A DNA stretch of 63,914 nucleotides, filler included, from Octopus bimaculoides (taxonomy: Eukaryota): the NCBI RefSeq assembly GCF_001194135.2. It is 6 parts of 5 records of this genome, joined end to end, with 100 filler letters (N's around TTAATTAATTAA, not from the genome) between each part and the next. Parts side by side here need not be neighbours in the genome. Positions count along the whole stretch, not along the records: positions 1 to 14,324 come from NC_068993.1; 5 more parts are not named here. One strand, 5' to 3'. The position numbers were made by a program, and so were the translations under genes. The notes under the pieces were generated by a model that ran no database searches, was not told the origin of the DNA, and was given only the letters and a program-made list of their open reading frames with translations. Positions 1-13,778 of the stretch are shown in pieces (position 1 is the first letter of the stretch; each line of letters opens with the position of its first letter).

Positions 1-227
1 TTTTTTTTTTTTTTTTTTTTATTTCTCTCTTAATTCACGCCATGATTCCTTGCTGATAAATTTAATCAATGAATATCTGCATACCGTCTAGACAAAGCAA
101 ATTATCTTAAATGTGCTATCTTAAGCGTCTTAAGTAGAAATAATCATTAAAAAAAAGAGAAGTAAAGTAACTGACAAACGGTTGTCACGAGATTAAACTT
201 ACACGATGTAATATTTTAACGGAATAA

Positions 228-444
228 GGCGGTGAGCTGGCAGAAACGTTAGCGCACCGGGCGAAATGCTTAGCGGTATTTCGTCTGTCTTTACGTTCTG
301 AGTTCCAATCCAGCCGAGGTCGACTTTGCTTTTCATCCTTTCGGGATCAATAAATTAAGTACCAGTTACGTAATGGGTCGATCTAATCGACTGGCCTCCT
401 CTCCAAAAATTTTGGGCCTTGTTCTTAGAGTAGAAAAGAATATT
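228..444 (+). mobile_element. SINE family A, full-length copy
   Basis: Head ggcggtgagctggcagaaacgttagc, B-box-like gagttccaatcc, core gactttgcttttcatcctttcgggatcaataaattaagtacc, tail agtagaaaagaatatt. Many related copies occur in the window. Confidence 0.85.
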
Positions 445-1140
445 TTAACAATAAAAATAAAAATAAGGAATTAAAATTATGATTGTTGTTGTTTAATCTC
501 AGGGCAGACCTCTATGTTCAAAGACATTCTAGTAGTAGCCATATCGTTATTTTAGAGGGGTAGGGCATGTCTACCAATCCATTATATAATGCAATTGTCC
601 CTTATTTCACGTACGTACCGCAAGTAGCATTGTGACTTTGCGGGAGTTTTGACCGTTGTTTCTAGCCTGTAGACCAACCATATAGGAGTATCATTGTTGA
701 TATGTGATGATGATGATGATGATGATGATGATTAATGGAGGGGGGGGGGTCCCGATTCAGCCTGAACCCACAATAGAAGCCTCTTCGCCCCAAGTTGTCA
801 CATAGTGAGACTGAACGAACTGGAGAAACTCAAGGGAGATAATATATTTTTAATAATTATCTCCCTTGATACATATTCAGTGTTAATTAATTTATTTGGT
901 GGGGGGGAGTGTGGTGATATTTAACAGAAAACTGGATATCTTATTGGATGTGGCATTTCTTCTGTCTTCTCATTCTGAGTTCAAATTCCACCAAGATCAA
1001 CTCTGCTTTTCAACCCTTTCAGGGTCAGTAAAATAATCACCTTGTGTCACAATTTGAAACCATTGTTGTTGTTGTTGTTGTTGTTGTTCATGTTGTTATT
1101 CTTATTATTATTGTTGTTGTTGTTATTATTATTATTCAGT

Positions 1141-1980
1141 AGTTTTATTTTTATAACGTGCTTTCACTGCACTACCGAGCGCAGCTCTGTGCGCCTTGGG
1201 TATGTGCTNNNNNNNNNNNNNNNNNNNNNNNNNNNNNNNNNNNNNNNNNNNNNNNNNNNNNNNNNNNNNNNNNNNNNNNNNNNNNNNNNNNNNNNNNNNN
1301 NNNNNNNNNNNNNNNNNNNNNNNNNNNNNNNNNNNNNNNNNNNNNNNNNNNNNNNNNNNNNNNNNNNNNNNNNNNNNNNNNNNNNNNNNNNNNNNNNNNN
1401 NNNNNNNNNNNNNNNNNNNNNNNNNNNNNNNNNNNNNNNNNNNNNNNNNNNNNNNNNNNNNNNNNNNNNNNNNNNNNNNNNNNNNNNNNNNNNNNNNNNN
1501 NNNNNNNNNNNNNNNNNNNNNNNNNNNNNNNNNNNNNNNNNNNNNNNNNNNNNNNNNNNNNNNNNNNNNNNNNNNNNNNNNNNNNNNNNNNNNNNNNNNN
1601 NNNNNNNNNNNNNNNNNNNNNNNNNNNNNNNNNNNNNNNNNNNNNNNNNNNNNNNNNNNNNNNNNNNNNNNNNNNNNNNNNNNNNNNNNNNNNNNNNNNN
1701 NNNNNNNNNNNNNNNNNNNNNNNNNNNNNNNNNNNNNNNNNNNNNNNNNNNNNNNNNNNNNNNNNNNNNNNNNNNNNNNNNNNNNNNNNNNNNNNNNNNN
1801 NNNNNNNNNNNNNNNNNNNNNNNNNNNNNNNNNNNNNNNNNNNNNNNTCTGAATATTCTTTTATTATACCTAAGGCACCTACTATGATAGGAATTGTTTC
1901 TGTTTTTAGATTCCACTTTCGAGTTACCTCTATTTCCAGGTCTTTGTATTTTGAAAGTTTTTCCATTTCTTTTAGGGAAA
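1141..1980 (-). mobile_element. 3' end of an R4/Dong-like (restriction-like endonuclease) LINE, spanning a gap
   Basis: Peptide KEMEKLSKYKDLEIEVTRKWNLKTETIPIIVGALGIIK is typical of the RLE C-terminus. An (AAT)n tail follows. Confidence 0.7.
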
Positions 1981-1982
1981 CA

Positions 1983-2054
<72 letters not shown>

Positions 2055-2060
2055 TTACAG

Positions 2061-2411
2061 GTAAATGGTAGCCAGGAGAGCGTGAACCAAGCAGTAGAAG
2101 TAGAAAGCGTCACTACGTCTGGAGGAGTGATCGAAGACAATGTCAACGGACGGGACGACACACTGGAGGAGAGCGTTGTTCACTTACAGAGCAGCTCTGT
2201 TCATTTTCGCACATCTCCGATTGAAGTGAAAGGGGAATGCTCTCTAGAGGCAACTGAAAGACTAATGGAACCAGCATTGCCTCCTCTGATGCCGGCTGGA
2301 AGTCTTGAGAGCATCCATTCTCTCGATTCCGACTGCAATGAATTCCAATCTCTAATGATCAAACCCAAAAAAGCCAGCACAAGTAGTTTATCACACAATA
2401 ATATAGCTTAA
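2061..2411 (+). CDS. Probable terminal coding exon of an unidentified gene (VNGSQESVNQAVEVES...SLESIHSLDSDCNEFQSLMIKPKKASTSSLSHNNIA*)
   Basis: Acceptor ttattcttacAG, then 116 open codons with balanced composition ending in TAA. AATAAA motifs follow at about 2465 and 2525. No family recognised. Confidence 0.6.
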   Translation, partial: VNGSQESVNQAVEVESVTTSGGVIEDNVNGRDDTLEESVVHLQSSSVHFRTSPIEVKGECSLEATERLMEPALPPLMPAGSLESIHSLDSDCNEFQSLMIKPKKASTSSLSHNNIA

Positions 2412-3147
2412 TGGAGAGCTTTAGAATAACAAATATCATTGGTAAAAAGGTATGCGATGGCAGAGAATAAATGTGAGTAAAAAAAGAATAGCAAAAAAAA
2501 AAAATGAAAATTCTTCTGATGAAAAATAAATGCAGAAGATTTTTTTCTTTTTTTTTTTAACTGGTCGAAAAAAAAGACCCAAACAAATGAAAAATAAAAA
2601 AAAATATCATTGGCATTAATTANNNNNNNNNNTCCTGGATGAAATGTTCCCAAGTCTTGGATGATGTCTGAAGCTTATATTCCCCGGTTTAAAGAAAGAA
2701 AAAAGTTTTTTTTTTTCTTTTAATAATTGAATTAAGAAAGGAAATATAAAAAAAGGATTCTGGAAATCAATTGATGTGCTTCTTAATAAATATAATGACT
2801 ATGATAACGATATCACTTCTTGAAGCACTTTGTTAATCGCTAGAAGAAGAAGAAGAAGAAGAAGAAGAATGATAACAGCATACAAAGGCTGCAAACAAGA
2901 ATTCCACACTAAAACATTTTGTGTTTCTCTTGTGGTTGGGATATGTTCTTCATTGTTGCTATTTTCCACCTAAAATGCAGATGATTTCTGTTTGTATAAA
3001 TATACATCCATACATACATACATACATACATACATACAAGAAGTTCAATTTCTGAAAGCTCAAAACCACCCCTTTTCTCCCCTACCCTGATAAAACTCTA
3101 TTATTATTATTATTAATATTTTCTGCCGCTGATATTATTATTATTAA

Positions 3148-3537
3148 GGCGGCGAGCTGGCAGAATCGTTAGCACGTTGGGCAAATTGCTTAGCAGTACT
3201 TCGCCCATCTTTACATTCTGAGTTCAAATTCCGCTGAGGTCGACTTTGCCTTTCATCCTTTCAGGGTCGATAAATTAAGTACCAGTCAAGTACTGGGGTC
3301 GAAGTGATCGACTTACCCTCTCCTTGCAAATTTCAGGCCTTGTGCCTATAGTAGAAAGGATTATTATTATTAAGGTGGTGAGCTGGTAGAATTGTTACTA
3401 CACCGGATGAAATGCTTAGGGACAATTTCTTTTGGCTCTTCACATTCTGAGTTCAAATTCCAGTCTAGTACTGGGGTGGATGTAATCGACTACTACCCCT
3501 CCTGTCAAAATTTCTGGCCTTGTGCCCAAAATTTGAG

Positions 3538-3570
<33 letters not shown>

Positions 3571-3819
3571 TTCGTTGTTGTTGTTGTTGTTGTTGTTCAG
3601 GACAGTGAATTATCAAAAATAGTAGACCACTGGACTAAATGCCTTTGTCTGTCTGTGTTTCTGTGTTCAAATCCAATCCAGGTAGTGGTGGTGGCAGCGA
3701 CGGTGGGGGTATTGATTTTGCTTTTCATCCTTCAGAGCAATGGGGGCAGGAGCAAGGTGGTTGATCAATCAAATACCAGTTATGTATGTGCTGTGATTCA
3801 TTCCCTCAACTGTACTCCC

Positions 3820-3856
<37 letters not shown>

Positions 3857-3887
3857 ACATGTACAAATATGCATGATACTGTGACAC

Positions 3888-3923
<36 letters not shown>

Positions 3924-4152
3924 CATTATTATCAAGATGATGATTTGTCAGAATCGTTAGCATGCCAGGCAAAATGCTTAATGGCATTTCGTCTGTCTTA
4001 ACGTTCTGAGTTCAAATTCCGCCGAGGTTGACTTTGCCTTTCGTCCTTTCTGGGTCAACAAAATAAGTACCAGTTGAGCACTGGGGGTCGATGTAATCGA
4101 CTAGCACCCTCTCCCCTCAAATTTCAGGCCTTGTGCCAATTGTAGAAAGGAC

Positions 4153-4188
<36 letters not shown>

Positions 4189-4190
4189 TG
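3148..4190 (+). mobile_element. Cluster of three SINE family A copies (about 3148-3370, 3373-3570, 3935-4190) separated by (ATT)n tails
   Basis: Same head, core and tail as the copy at 228-444. Confidence 0.8.
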
Positions 4191-7100
4191 TTAAGATGTA
4201 ATCAACTTATGCCCTCCCCCAAAATTGCTGGCCTTGGGCCAAAATTTGAAACCATTATTACTATCATTGTTTAGAGTGATAGGGTGACAGAATCATTAAA
4301 GCATTAGTAAAATGCTTTGCAGCTTTCATTCCAACTCTTTACATTTTTGGACTCAAATCCCACTGGGAATAACTTAGTCTTTTATCCCTCCAAGGTCAAT
4401 AAAATAAAGAACTGTTCAACTACTGGAATCAGTGGTGTAGAATTGGCCCTTCCCTTCAAAATTGTTGGCTTTGTGCCTGAATTGGAAACCATTGTTATTA
4501 TTTTGGTGCCAAGATACAGAAACGAGTTTGTGTATTTATGTGTAGAGATAGATAGGTAGAAACATAGATAGATAGATCTTCATGCATTCTTGCATTTATG
4601 TCTGTTCTCCTCTCTTTCTCTTTGTGATATATATGCAAGTATGTATGTGTGTGTGTGTGTATGTGTATGGACGGACAGACAGACAGAGGAAGGGTATCAG
4701 GCTGTAAAATGCTGTCTAAATTAGTCCCTACCCAACCCATGCTAGCATGAGAAAAGACAGACATTAAACAAATGTGTATGTATGGATTTTATAATGTGTG
4801 TGCTTGTATGGAAGCAAGGAAGGAAAGAAATCACCTGAAAAACCAAGTCACAACCCATTTTCAACTTGCGCCTCTTCCTCTTAATTTATACAACTAATGG
4901 CCTTGGAAATGGCATGAATGTCACAACCTTCTTTTCTCATTTTTCTTTTTTTTCTAAAGTTAGTTTAGTTTGATTCCCCAGCCACCACCACCCACCCCCT
5001 AGTTGATGCATGTCTCTAAGTTATAAAAGCTTTAGTACACTTTGGCTTTGTTGTTCAAGCTTGTGATATAAAATATTATTTAATCCAGAGGATTAACTTT
5101 AACAAGTTAAGCAAGCTTAATCCTCTGGAAGATTGGCAGTCTTAATCTCATAAACAATAATAGAATACTTCCTTGGTTTGTCAGGCCGAAAAATTGGTTA
5201 TCAATTCCTGATGTCTTCACCTGCAAAATATCTAAATATTTTCCTTCTTTAATCTTAATAAAGTCAAAGAGGTTTTCTGTGTCTCTGGTAGAGGGAAGTT
5301 TTTCATCTGCTGAAGGTTGAAGAAGTGATCCAGAATTCTTCTATCAGTTATCATCATCATTGTCTACATTTGGATCACCTCCAAAGGATTGTCCATGTGT
5401 AAGAAATACTTGTCCAACATATGATGCTAATATCTCAGCTGCCATTTCAATTAACAGCATCTTGAAAGTAGATAGATAGAGCTTTATCCCTTTCATTGCC
5501 ATGTTTCTGTTGATAAATACTGCCATTATTAAGCTGGTGTTTGGAACATAAATTAGCAAGGAATTTTGATAGGAAGTTTGTGTCATAGAACCAAGTGTGG
5601 TCTCAGGCAAGCTGGTAACAAAAGGGGTTTTAGGATTGATCATGTGAGAAGGAGCCAACCAAAGGAACATAATTGAACAGATATTTTACTGATTTGGTAG
5701 AAAATGGTGACTTCACTATTGTTCTCTAAAATGATCTCTTTCCTGTTTGGCTACCATGGCTTTTTCTAAATCCTGAGCCAATTTGAAATAGAACATATAG
5801 ACTAATGCAGGTTCAAGTTTTACCCCAAACTTATCATAGTAAAAGAGTAAGACAGATAAATCCTCACACTTTTCATACATTGTTACCACATTAAATATAT
5901 GCATTGACAACCGATGGTATTTAAATTTTAACCAAAACATATCATAAATAGTCACAACTTCCCTTTGTGGAAATTCTGGATTGTTCACTCAAAAAAAAAG
6001 AAAAAATATTGGCTGATTAAACTGCAGTAAATACAATTTAGATCCACTTTGTGCAGAATTATATGCAGTGACTTTTGATTATTGATTCCATCACAAGACT
6101 ACAAATTTCTTTACTTTTTGGAATTATTTGCCACAGCAAGGTCTAGGACAGTGCTAGACTTGTGCGCATGCATTTGGACCAAACAGAAGGAGAACGGTGA
6201 CTGAGAGGACAGAAGGGCAAGTAGTGGGTTACTTGGCGAGGGCTTAGTGTTTCTTGGCAGTGTGAAGCCATTTTTTTATTACAGGTGTATGAATGTGTGT
6301 GAATGAGATGTTCTTGTGTGTGTATATGTGAGACACATATCTGTACATACACATACATGATGTAGTCATGGAACATATGTTGTCAATTGTCTAGGTACAC
6401 AGTCTTAACAACAAGGAAGTAAATTATGATGATGGTAATAATGATAATAATAATAATGATAATGATAGTTTCTAACATGGGCACAAGTTCAGTAATTTTT
6501 AGGGAAGCATTTGCAATTTTTGAGCATATCACAGTTCATCAAATATTAGGGTCTATTCGGTTGACTCCAATACTTATCAACTCCAGTTGGGGGTGAAGAC
6601 AAAGTTAACCTCAATGGCATTTGAACTTTGTTCCCAAGTTCAAATCCTACCAAAGTCAGGTTTGCCCTTTCATCCTTTCAATGTCAATAAAATAAAGTAC
6701 TATTTGAGAACAGGAGTCAATAGTGTTGTCTTAATCCCCACCCCGCTTCCCACTGCTACCATAATTGCTGGCTTTGTACCTAAATCAAAAACCATAATAA
6801 TAATGATGATAATGATTTCATTTATTTGCCTCCAGGGCAAAAGATGAGGGGGAACAATACNNNNNNNNNNNNNNNNNNNNNNNNNNNNNNNNNNNNNNNN
6901 NNNNNNNNNNNNNNNNNNNNNNNNNNNNNNNNNNNNNNNNNNNNNNNNNNNNNNNNNNNNNNNNNNNNNNNNNNNNNNNNNNNNNNNNNNNNNNNNNNNN
7001 NNNNNNNNNNNNNNNNNNNNNNNNNNNNNNNNNNNNNNNNNNNNNNNNNNNNNNNNNNNNNNNNNNNNNNNNNNNNNNNNNNNNNNNNNNNNNNNNNNNN

Positions 7101-7324
7101 NNNNNNNNNNNNNNNNNNNNNNNNNNNNNNNNNNNNNNNNNNNNNNNNNNNNNNNNNNNNNNNNNNNNNNNNNNNNNNNNNNNNNNNNNNNNNNNNNNNN
7201 NNNNNNNNNNNNNNNNNNNNNNNNNNNNNNNNNNNNNNNNNNNNNNNNNNNNNNNNNNNNNNNNNNNNNNNNNNNNNNNNNNNNNNNNTTTATTTCATGT
7301 TAACATGTTTATTTGCGGTTATTC

Positions 7325-7363
<39 letters not shown>

Positions 7364-7676
7364 GTGGTGAGGGAGAGATTTCTCGACAATTTATGTGGTA
7401 ATATTTTTTATTTGTTTTGTGTGTTTATTCATGTTTTATTTTGTAATATGTGCAAAGGACAGTAAATTGCAAAAACAAAAACGAAAAAAAAATACAAATG
7501 TGTGTGTATATATATATATGTGCATGTGTGTATGTATGTGTGTACATTTTCATATGTATGAAAAAATATATATATATAAAGTAAAAGAATTTAAACACTC
7601 ATTTAAGAACTACCAAATCTTTTATACACACATATATGTGTGTGTGTATATATTTGTATGTATATATGTGTATATG

Positions 7677-7707
<31 letters not shown>

Positions 7708-7717
7708 ATGTATATAC

Positions 7718-7756
<39 letters not shown>

Positions 7757-7904
7757 GGTCATGAGAGGTATTGGTGTCAAGAAGACCCCAAAAGTGTCGG
7801 GTAATGCTTAGTAAGTGCTATGGATAGACCATGGTTAAGTTCCAGGTTCGATAATGACACGAGTGAGGAGCCCAACGTGGGTCACGTATTAGCATGCATA
7901 TATG

Positions 7905-8046
7905 TATATATATAAATTGACAGAATGAGATTAAAAAAAAAAAAATCCATGGCTGTGAATAGTTTTCAGAGCATTTATAAATGTTCTGAAAATTATTTAC
8001 AGCCATTGATTTTTTTTTTATCTCATTCTGTCAGTTTATATATATA
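7905..8046. repeat. Imperfect palindrome of about 140 bp flanked by (TA)n
   Basis: Centre catttataaatg at 7972-7983. Arms aattgacagaatgagat...ttttcaga / tctgaaaa...atctcattctgtcagtt. Confidence 0.85.
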
Positions 8047-8394
8047 TATATATGTGTGTGTGTATATATATCCGAATATATATATTGGTAATAATGATAA
8101 TGATAATAATAATGATAATAATAAATAATAAGATTAGTCAGAAGAAATGATGGAATTGTTTCTTAGCATATTTATACATAGGTACTGAAAGTTTTTGTAA
8201 ATGTTCCATGTAAATAAAATAGAATAAAATAAAGTACTTTTAATGTAAAAAGCATAAATATTCTACTTCATTTTACTTTAATTTTATTATTTTTCATTTC
8301 CTTGGAAAATTCGAAGACTTTCTCTACCTACGCATAAATAAAATAAGGAACAATTCTTTAATTTCTTCTTACTAATATTATTATTCTTACGCAA

Positions 8395-8600
8395 GGCAGT
8401 GAGCTGGCAGAATCGGTAGCGCGCCGGACAAAATACTTAGCGTTCAAATTCCGCCGAGGTCAACTTTGCCTTTCATCCTTTCGGCGTCGATAAAATAAAT
8501 ACCAGGTGGACAATGGTAGTCGATGTCAACGACCTGGCCCCACCTCCGCAATTGCTGGCCCTGTGCCAAAATTTGAAACCATTATTATTATTATTATTAC
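8395..8600 (+). mobile_element. SINE family A copy with internal deletion
   Basis: ggcagtgagctggcagaatcggtagc...caactttgcctttcatcctttcgg...gtgccaaaatttgaaacc followed by (ATT)n. Confidence 0.8.
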
Positions 8601-9067
8601 CAATATACTATTCTGTACACTACCATAAATGTTTAATTCATATATATAAGACAATGGGAATTCTTTGACACACCTTTAATTAAGGATATGTTAAAGAATT
8701 TCCTTTGTCTTCTTCATTTCATTGGATTATTTACTCTTCGGTAAACCCACTTTACGGTATAATTGCTGTGAAACTTGGATTTTCTACACGTGAAGAATTC
8801 CGGCTTTGGTCGGGGACTCGACAGTGTTGGTAGCCCAGTATTCGGGTCGAGTGCTTCCCTGGAAATACCTTAACCTTACACCCACCTAGCCTTATATATA
8901 TATATATATATATATAAAATGGGACAAGAACGGAAAGCATTCAGATAGACGATCTTGTTTTCTTTGTATCGTCTATCTGAATGTTTTGTTGTCCTATTTT
9001 TGTATCACCTGTCTGGATGTTTTGCGTTCTTGTCCTATTTTGTATTAAATATATATATATATATATA

Positions 9068-9194
9068 CAAGGTGTCCACAAAGTCTGGGTACATGGAGTA
9101 AATAAAATCATAACATAAACAATTAAATATAAGAAATAATAATTTCTTAAAGTATGTGTTAATCCCCATGAACCCAGACTTTGTGGACACCCTA
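9068..9194. mobile_element. Tc1/mariner-type MITE
   Basis: TIRs of about 29 bp, caaggtgtccacaaagtctgggtacatgg / ccatgaacccagactttgtggacacccta, embedded in (TA)n. Confidence 0.8.
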
Positions 9195-10577
9195 TATATA
9201 TATATATATAGCGGCGTACGTACACTTTGGTCTCCTATATATATATATCTGCATCCCCTTGCGTAAAATTTAAATTAGTGTTTGTTATTCGTACATGCAT
9301 ACATCCTTAAATGCAACTCACACACAACCTTGTGTACATCAATGCATATATTCATGTGTGTATATGATGAAAGCGGTACTTTACAAGCATTATATACCAA
9401 GTTCGTAGCGGTTTTTAATGAATGGCGATTTTAGTTTGGTGAAGTATATCACACACATACATACATGTACGCACGCATATATATACACGTGCATGTACAA
9501 CTGACTTGGTTTGTGACAACACATCCAAACCATGCCCGAATTGAAAAATGGACGTAAAACGATGGTAGTGAGAATGTGTGTGGGGTTTTTTTGTGTATAT
9601 ATGTGTGTACATGTGTGCGTGTAAATGTATATATCTACACATATTTAAGAATACACATACATGTATATATACACACATGCATACATATATACATACATAC
9701 TTACGTATGCACGTTTACTTTATGTGATGAATTTTGTGATGATAATGGAGATGATGACGATAGTGATAATGTGATGCAATATTAATTAATGAGGACATTA
9801 ATTATGATGATGATAACGATGGTGATGATTATGAAAAAAATAAACAAAAAATACAAAATATAAAAAAAAAGTAAATAAATAAAAAAAAAGAAGCTTACAG
9901 TAAGATAATTTAATTTTTCTCATTTTTTACTGAAAGTTTTTTGTCCTATACTTCAGTGTGTTTTTTGTTTTGTTTATTTTAACATTTTTTATTGTTTTTG
10001 TTTTTTATTTTATTTGAACATCTCTTGTTCCCCTCTACCCAGCATCTTCATTCTAAATTTTACATTACATTCTTTGTTTTACAAATGTACAAGCATGGTC
10101 GTGTGGTTTAAGAAGCTTGCTTTCCAACCTTGTGGTTTCAAGTTCAATACCAACGTACGACACCGTTGGGCAAGTGTCTTTTGCTCTAGACCCAGGCCAA
10201 CCAAAATTTTGTGAGTGGATTTGATTGGCAGAAACTGTAACATGGTTTGAGGTTGAGAAGCCATGCCCAGAAATATGCAGAATTACATAAACGTTTATGT
10301 GTGTGTATATATATATATATATATATNNNNNNNNNNNNNNNNNNNNNNNNNNNNNNNNNNNNNNNNNNNNNNNNNNNNNNNNNNNNNNNNNNNNNNNNNN
10401 NNNNNNNNNNNNNNNNNNNNNNNNNNNNNNNNNNNNNNNNNNNNNNNNNNNNNNNNNNNNNNNNNNNNNNNNNNNNNNNNNNNNNNNNNNNNNNNNNNNN
10501 NNNNNNNNNNNNNNNNNNNNNNNNNNNNNNNNNNNNNNNNNNNNNNNNNNNNNNNNNNNNNNNNNNNNNNNNNNNNN

Positions 10578-10615
<38 letters not shown>

Positions 10616-11301
10616 TTTGTGTGTCTTTGTCTTGACATTACATGGTATTTGTAAATGAATGTCACCATCATACAAGTGATATCATTCATTTCCAATCTCC
10701 CTTGAAAACCATGTCCAGTCGAGGACGAATATTACTTTGCTGGGAAGCAAGAGGTGAGGGTTAGCAACAAGAAGGGCATCAGACTGTAAAAAAAAATGTT
10801 TCAAGGAATTCTGTTTGAAACATACGATCGTAGAAAAGTGAATCTTAAAATAATAATGACATCACTCGACCGCTATCATTACAGCAACTACTACTACCAC
10901 CATCACTATCAGCAACATCATTACAACCACCACCACCACTGCTACCTGCCCCAATCCATGAGATTATTATCATTTTGCCCTCTTCTCCCTCACGGCCTTA
11001 CGTCCCTCCTCCTACTCTTCTGCTCTTCTACTGATGCATGAAGTTTTGTTGTTTGTTTAATTTAATTTATTTTCTGTTTTCCTTTTTCAATGAACACTGA
11101 TCTAGAATCGAACACGGAACATACATATCTCTAAGACTAGCATACGTATAAACAGATATAACACACATGCAAACCTACATCGTACACTACACATACACAC
11201 ACATACATATTGCATTATATGTTTATTATATATAATAAACATATATATAATATAAATGATATATATAATATGTATAATTATATATAGAATATATATAATT
11301 A

Positions 11302-11570
11302 TACGAGAGGGGTCATGAAAAGTTCTTGGCTTTGGGTAAAAGAAAATACAGGAGGATCAGTTAATTATGATTTTATTCAACATATTCCTCTCTCAGATTC
11401 ACACACTTATTGCAGGAGTCCTTCAGTTTTTCTAAGCCCTATAAAAGAACTTGGAAGGTTGGGCCTCCAGTTAGGCCTTTCGTGACTACCTTAAAGCCAG
11501 GGGCTTTTCAGAACCCCTCGTATATTTATATTGAAGGGATATCAGACCAATTGCTCCATTTTTCATTCTT
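11302..11570 (+). mobile_element. Mariner-like element end
   Basis: TA followed by cgagaggggtcatgaaaagttcttggcttt...ttttattcaacatattc resembles mariner TIR and subterminal sequence. The partner TIR was not seen. Confidence 0.55.
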
Positions 11571-13252
11571 TTTGAATATATTGTGCACTTTATGAGTGCG
11601 TCTTTATTTAGATTAATTTTTATATATTTTTTAAAATATTTATTTTCATGAAAAGACAAAAAAAAAACAGCAGAAAAGAAACCTAATTCCTTTGTTCCTT
11701 TCTTTCATTCAATATGGCTGCCTTTAATTGTTATTGTTGTCGTTGTTGTTGTTGCTGCTACTGCCTCTTGTTTTTCATTGCCTTGTATATAAAAATGCAG
11801 CTAAACCGAAAAAGGGTATAGAGACGTTTTGGCACAGTTGTTAAGGCGCTGCTTATTTGGCGTCGCTAATTCGACGCTGACTTATTTGACATCAGACATT
11901 TTAATGTTTCCTTCGTCTTAGTGCTTCTCTCGTTTTCTCTCGCTCTCTCTTCTGTTTCTGTCTTCCTCTCTATATGTATGAGAAGGAAAGTGTTTATTTC
12001 AGTCTATCAAATTGTAATTTCTCTTTCTCTCTCTCCCTCCCTTTCCTTCTGTATTTCTTTCTTTCTCATAAAAGTGTTTACGTTAATCGTGTTCACTTAA
12101 TAAATTGTGATGTCTCACTCTCTTCCTCTCTGACTCCATCTGTATATGTATATTTCTGCATGTACGTGTGTGTGCGTGTCTGTGTATTCGCTCCTAGCAC
12201 TAAGTACTACTGGCACCAAAACATCCTGATTGTCTTGACCGGTCAGCTGCGCCCAATCGCCTCATTGCAACCCAGTCACCCAGCTTATTTCGAACACAAC
12301 ACCTTCACCCGCAAAGACAAGTAAATTGGAAAAAAAAAATTAATTAAAAAATAAATAAATATAAAATAACGAAAAAAAAAACCCCAAATTTTTTTTAATA
12401 AAATAACAAATACTTGAAAAGTGTGAAAGAAGGAAAGCCTGTTGAAAGTAAATTAGTAAAAGGAAAATATTATTGATTGCTTTACCAATTTTCAGGAAGC
12501 CTAAATCGTTTGTACAAACTCCTTTTGTCTTTCTTTTTATCTCTTTGTCTCTCTGTATATATACATCTCCAATTCATTCCTACCTCTACATGCAGTCTTT
12601 CTTGTATCTTTTTCATTCCTTCTATATCTCTCAGTCTATTCTTTTTTCCTTCTCTTCGTCTTTCTCTTTCACACTCGTTACAAATATATGCGTGGGTACA
12701 CACACACACACACACACGCGCGCGCACACACATACATACACATTGACTCGTGCACACGTACACACACATATATGCATATGCATGCACACACACATTCACA
12801 CCTCTTCCTCTTTCAAAAACTCTAGAATGTCTACATATGGGAATCTGTCTATCTACATATCAGTTTTAATATCTATTTGTTTGTCTATCTATCTATCTAT
12901 CTATTTGTATATCTGTGTCTACTTATTTTAATGTCCTTTTTTTTTTGTTTGTTTTAAAACAAACCTATACACACACATACACACGTTTTCCACACACGTA
13001 CATAATCACAAGATGGTGGACATCAGCCTGTATTACAAAGATTTGGTTTATTATTTAACGATATTGTTGACATTTACTTTTGTACAATCAGGGGTGATAA
13101 TCATAATTATAATGACAGCACAACATTGATGCTAATGGGGTGGAGTAAAGAATGATGAGTGTCCATCATTCTGTTCTGTCTTTCATTAATCACAGGCAAC
13201 CCATGAGTCTTTTCAATATTTTCACATTCCATTTCACTGTAATTACGTGTTA

Positions 13253-13458
13253 TATAATCATAAATATATAGGGATTAGCAGAAAACCTGCTTCTCCGACA
13301 TACTGAGAATTCAGAAACAGCAGCCAAAGAACTACTGATTCTAAAAACTACAAATTTTTCTCTAATTGATAATCAGTAGTTCTTTGGCTGCTGTTTCTGA
13401 ATTCTCAGTATGTCGGAGAAGCAGGGTTTCTGCTAATCCCTATATATTTATGATTATA
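13253..13458. repeat. Near-perfect inverted repeat with 88-bp arms and a 30-nt spacer
   Basis: 13253-13340 versus 13371-13458, one mismatch seen. Confidence 0.95.
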
Positions 13459-13746
13459 AGTGGCTTTACCGAAAAGGTTTTTTCATACTGAGCTACCCGG
13501 CATAATTCTTAATTATTAATTTTATTACTAATTGACGATTCCCTGCCCTGTATNNNNNNNNNNNNNNNNNNNNNNNNNNNNNNNNNNNNNNNNNNNNNNN
13601 NNNNNNNNNNNNNNNNNNNNNNNNNNNNNNNNNNNNNNNNNNNNNNNNNNNNNCACACACACACACACATATATATATTATTCATGAACCAAAATCTTAT
13701 ACAGGCTGAAGACTGAAAACCAGTATGTGAACGAAAAATATGTATG

Positions 13747-13778
<32 letters not shown>

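Noticed and set aside
1042-2060. Long ORFs crossing N gaps (also at 6826, 10186 and 61089)
   Set aside because: Their length comes from X residues.
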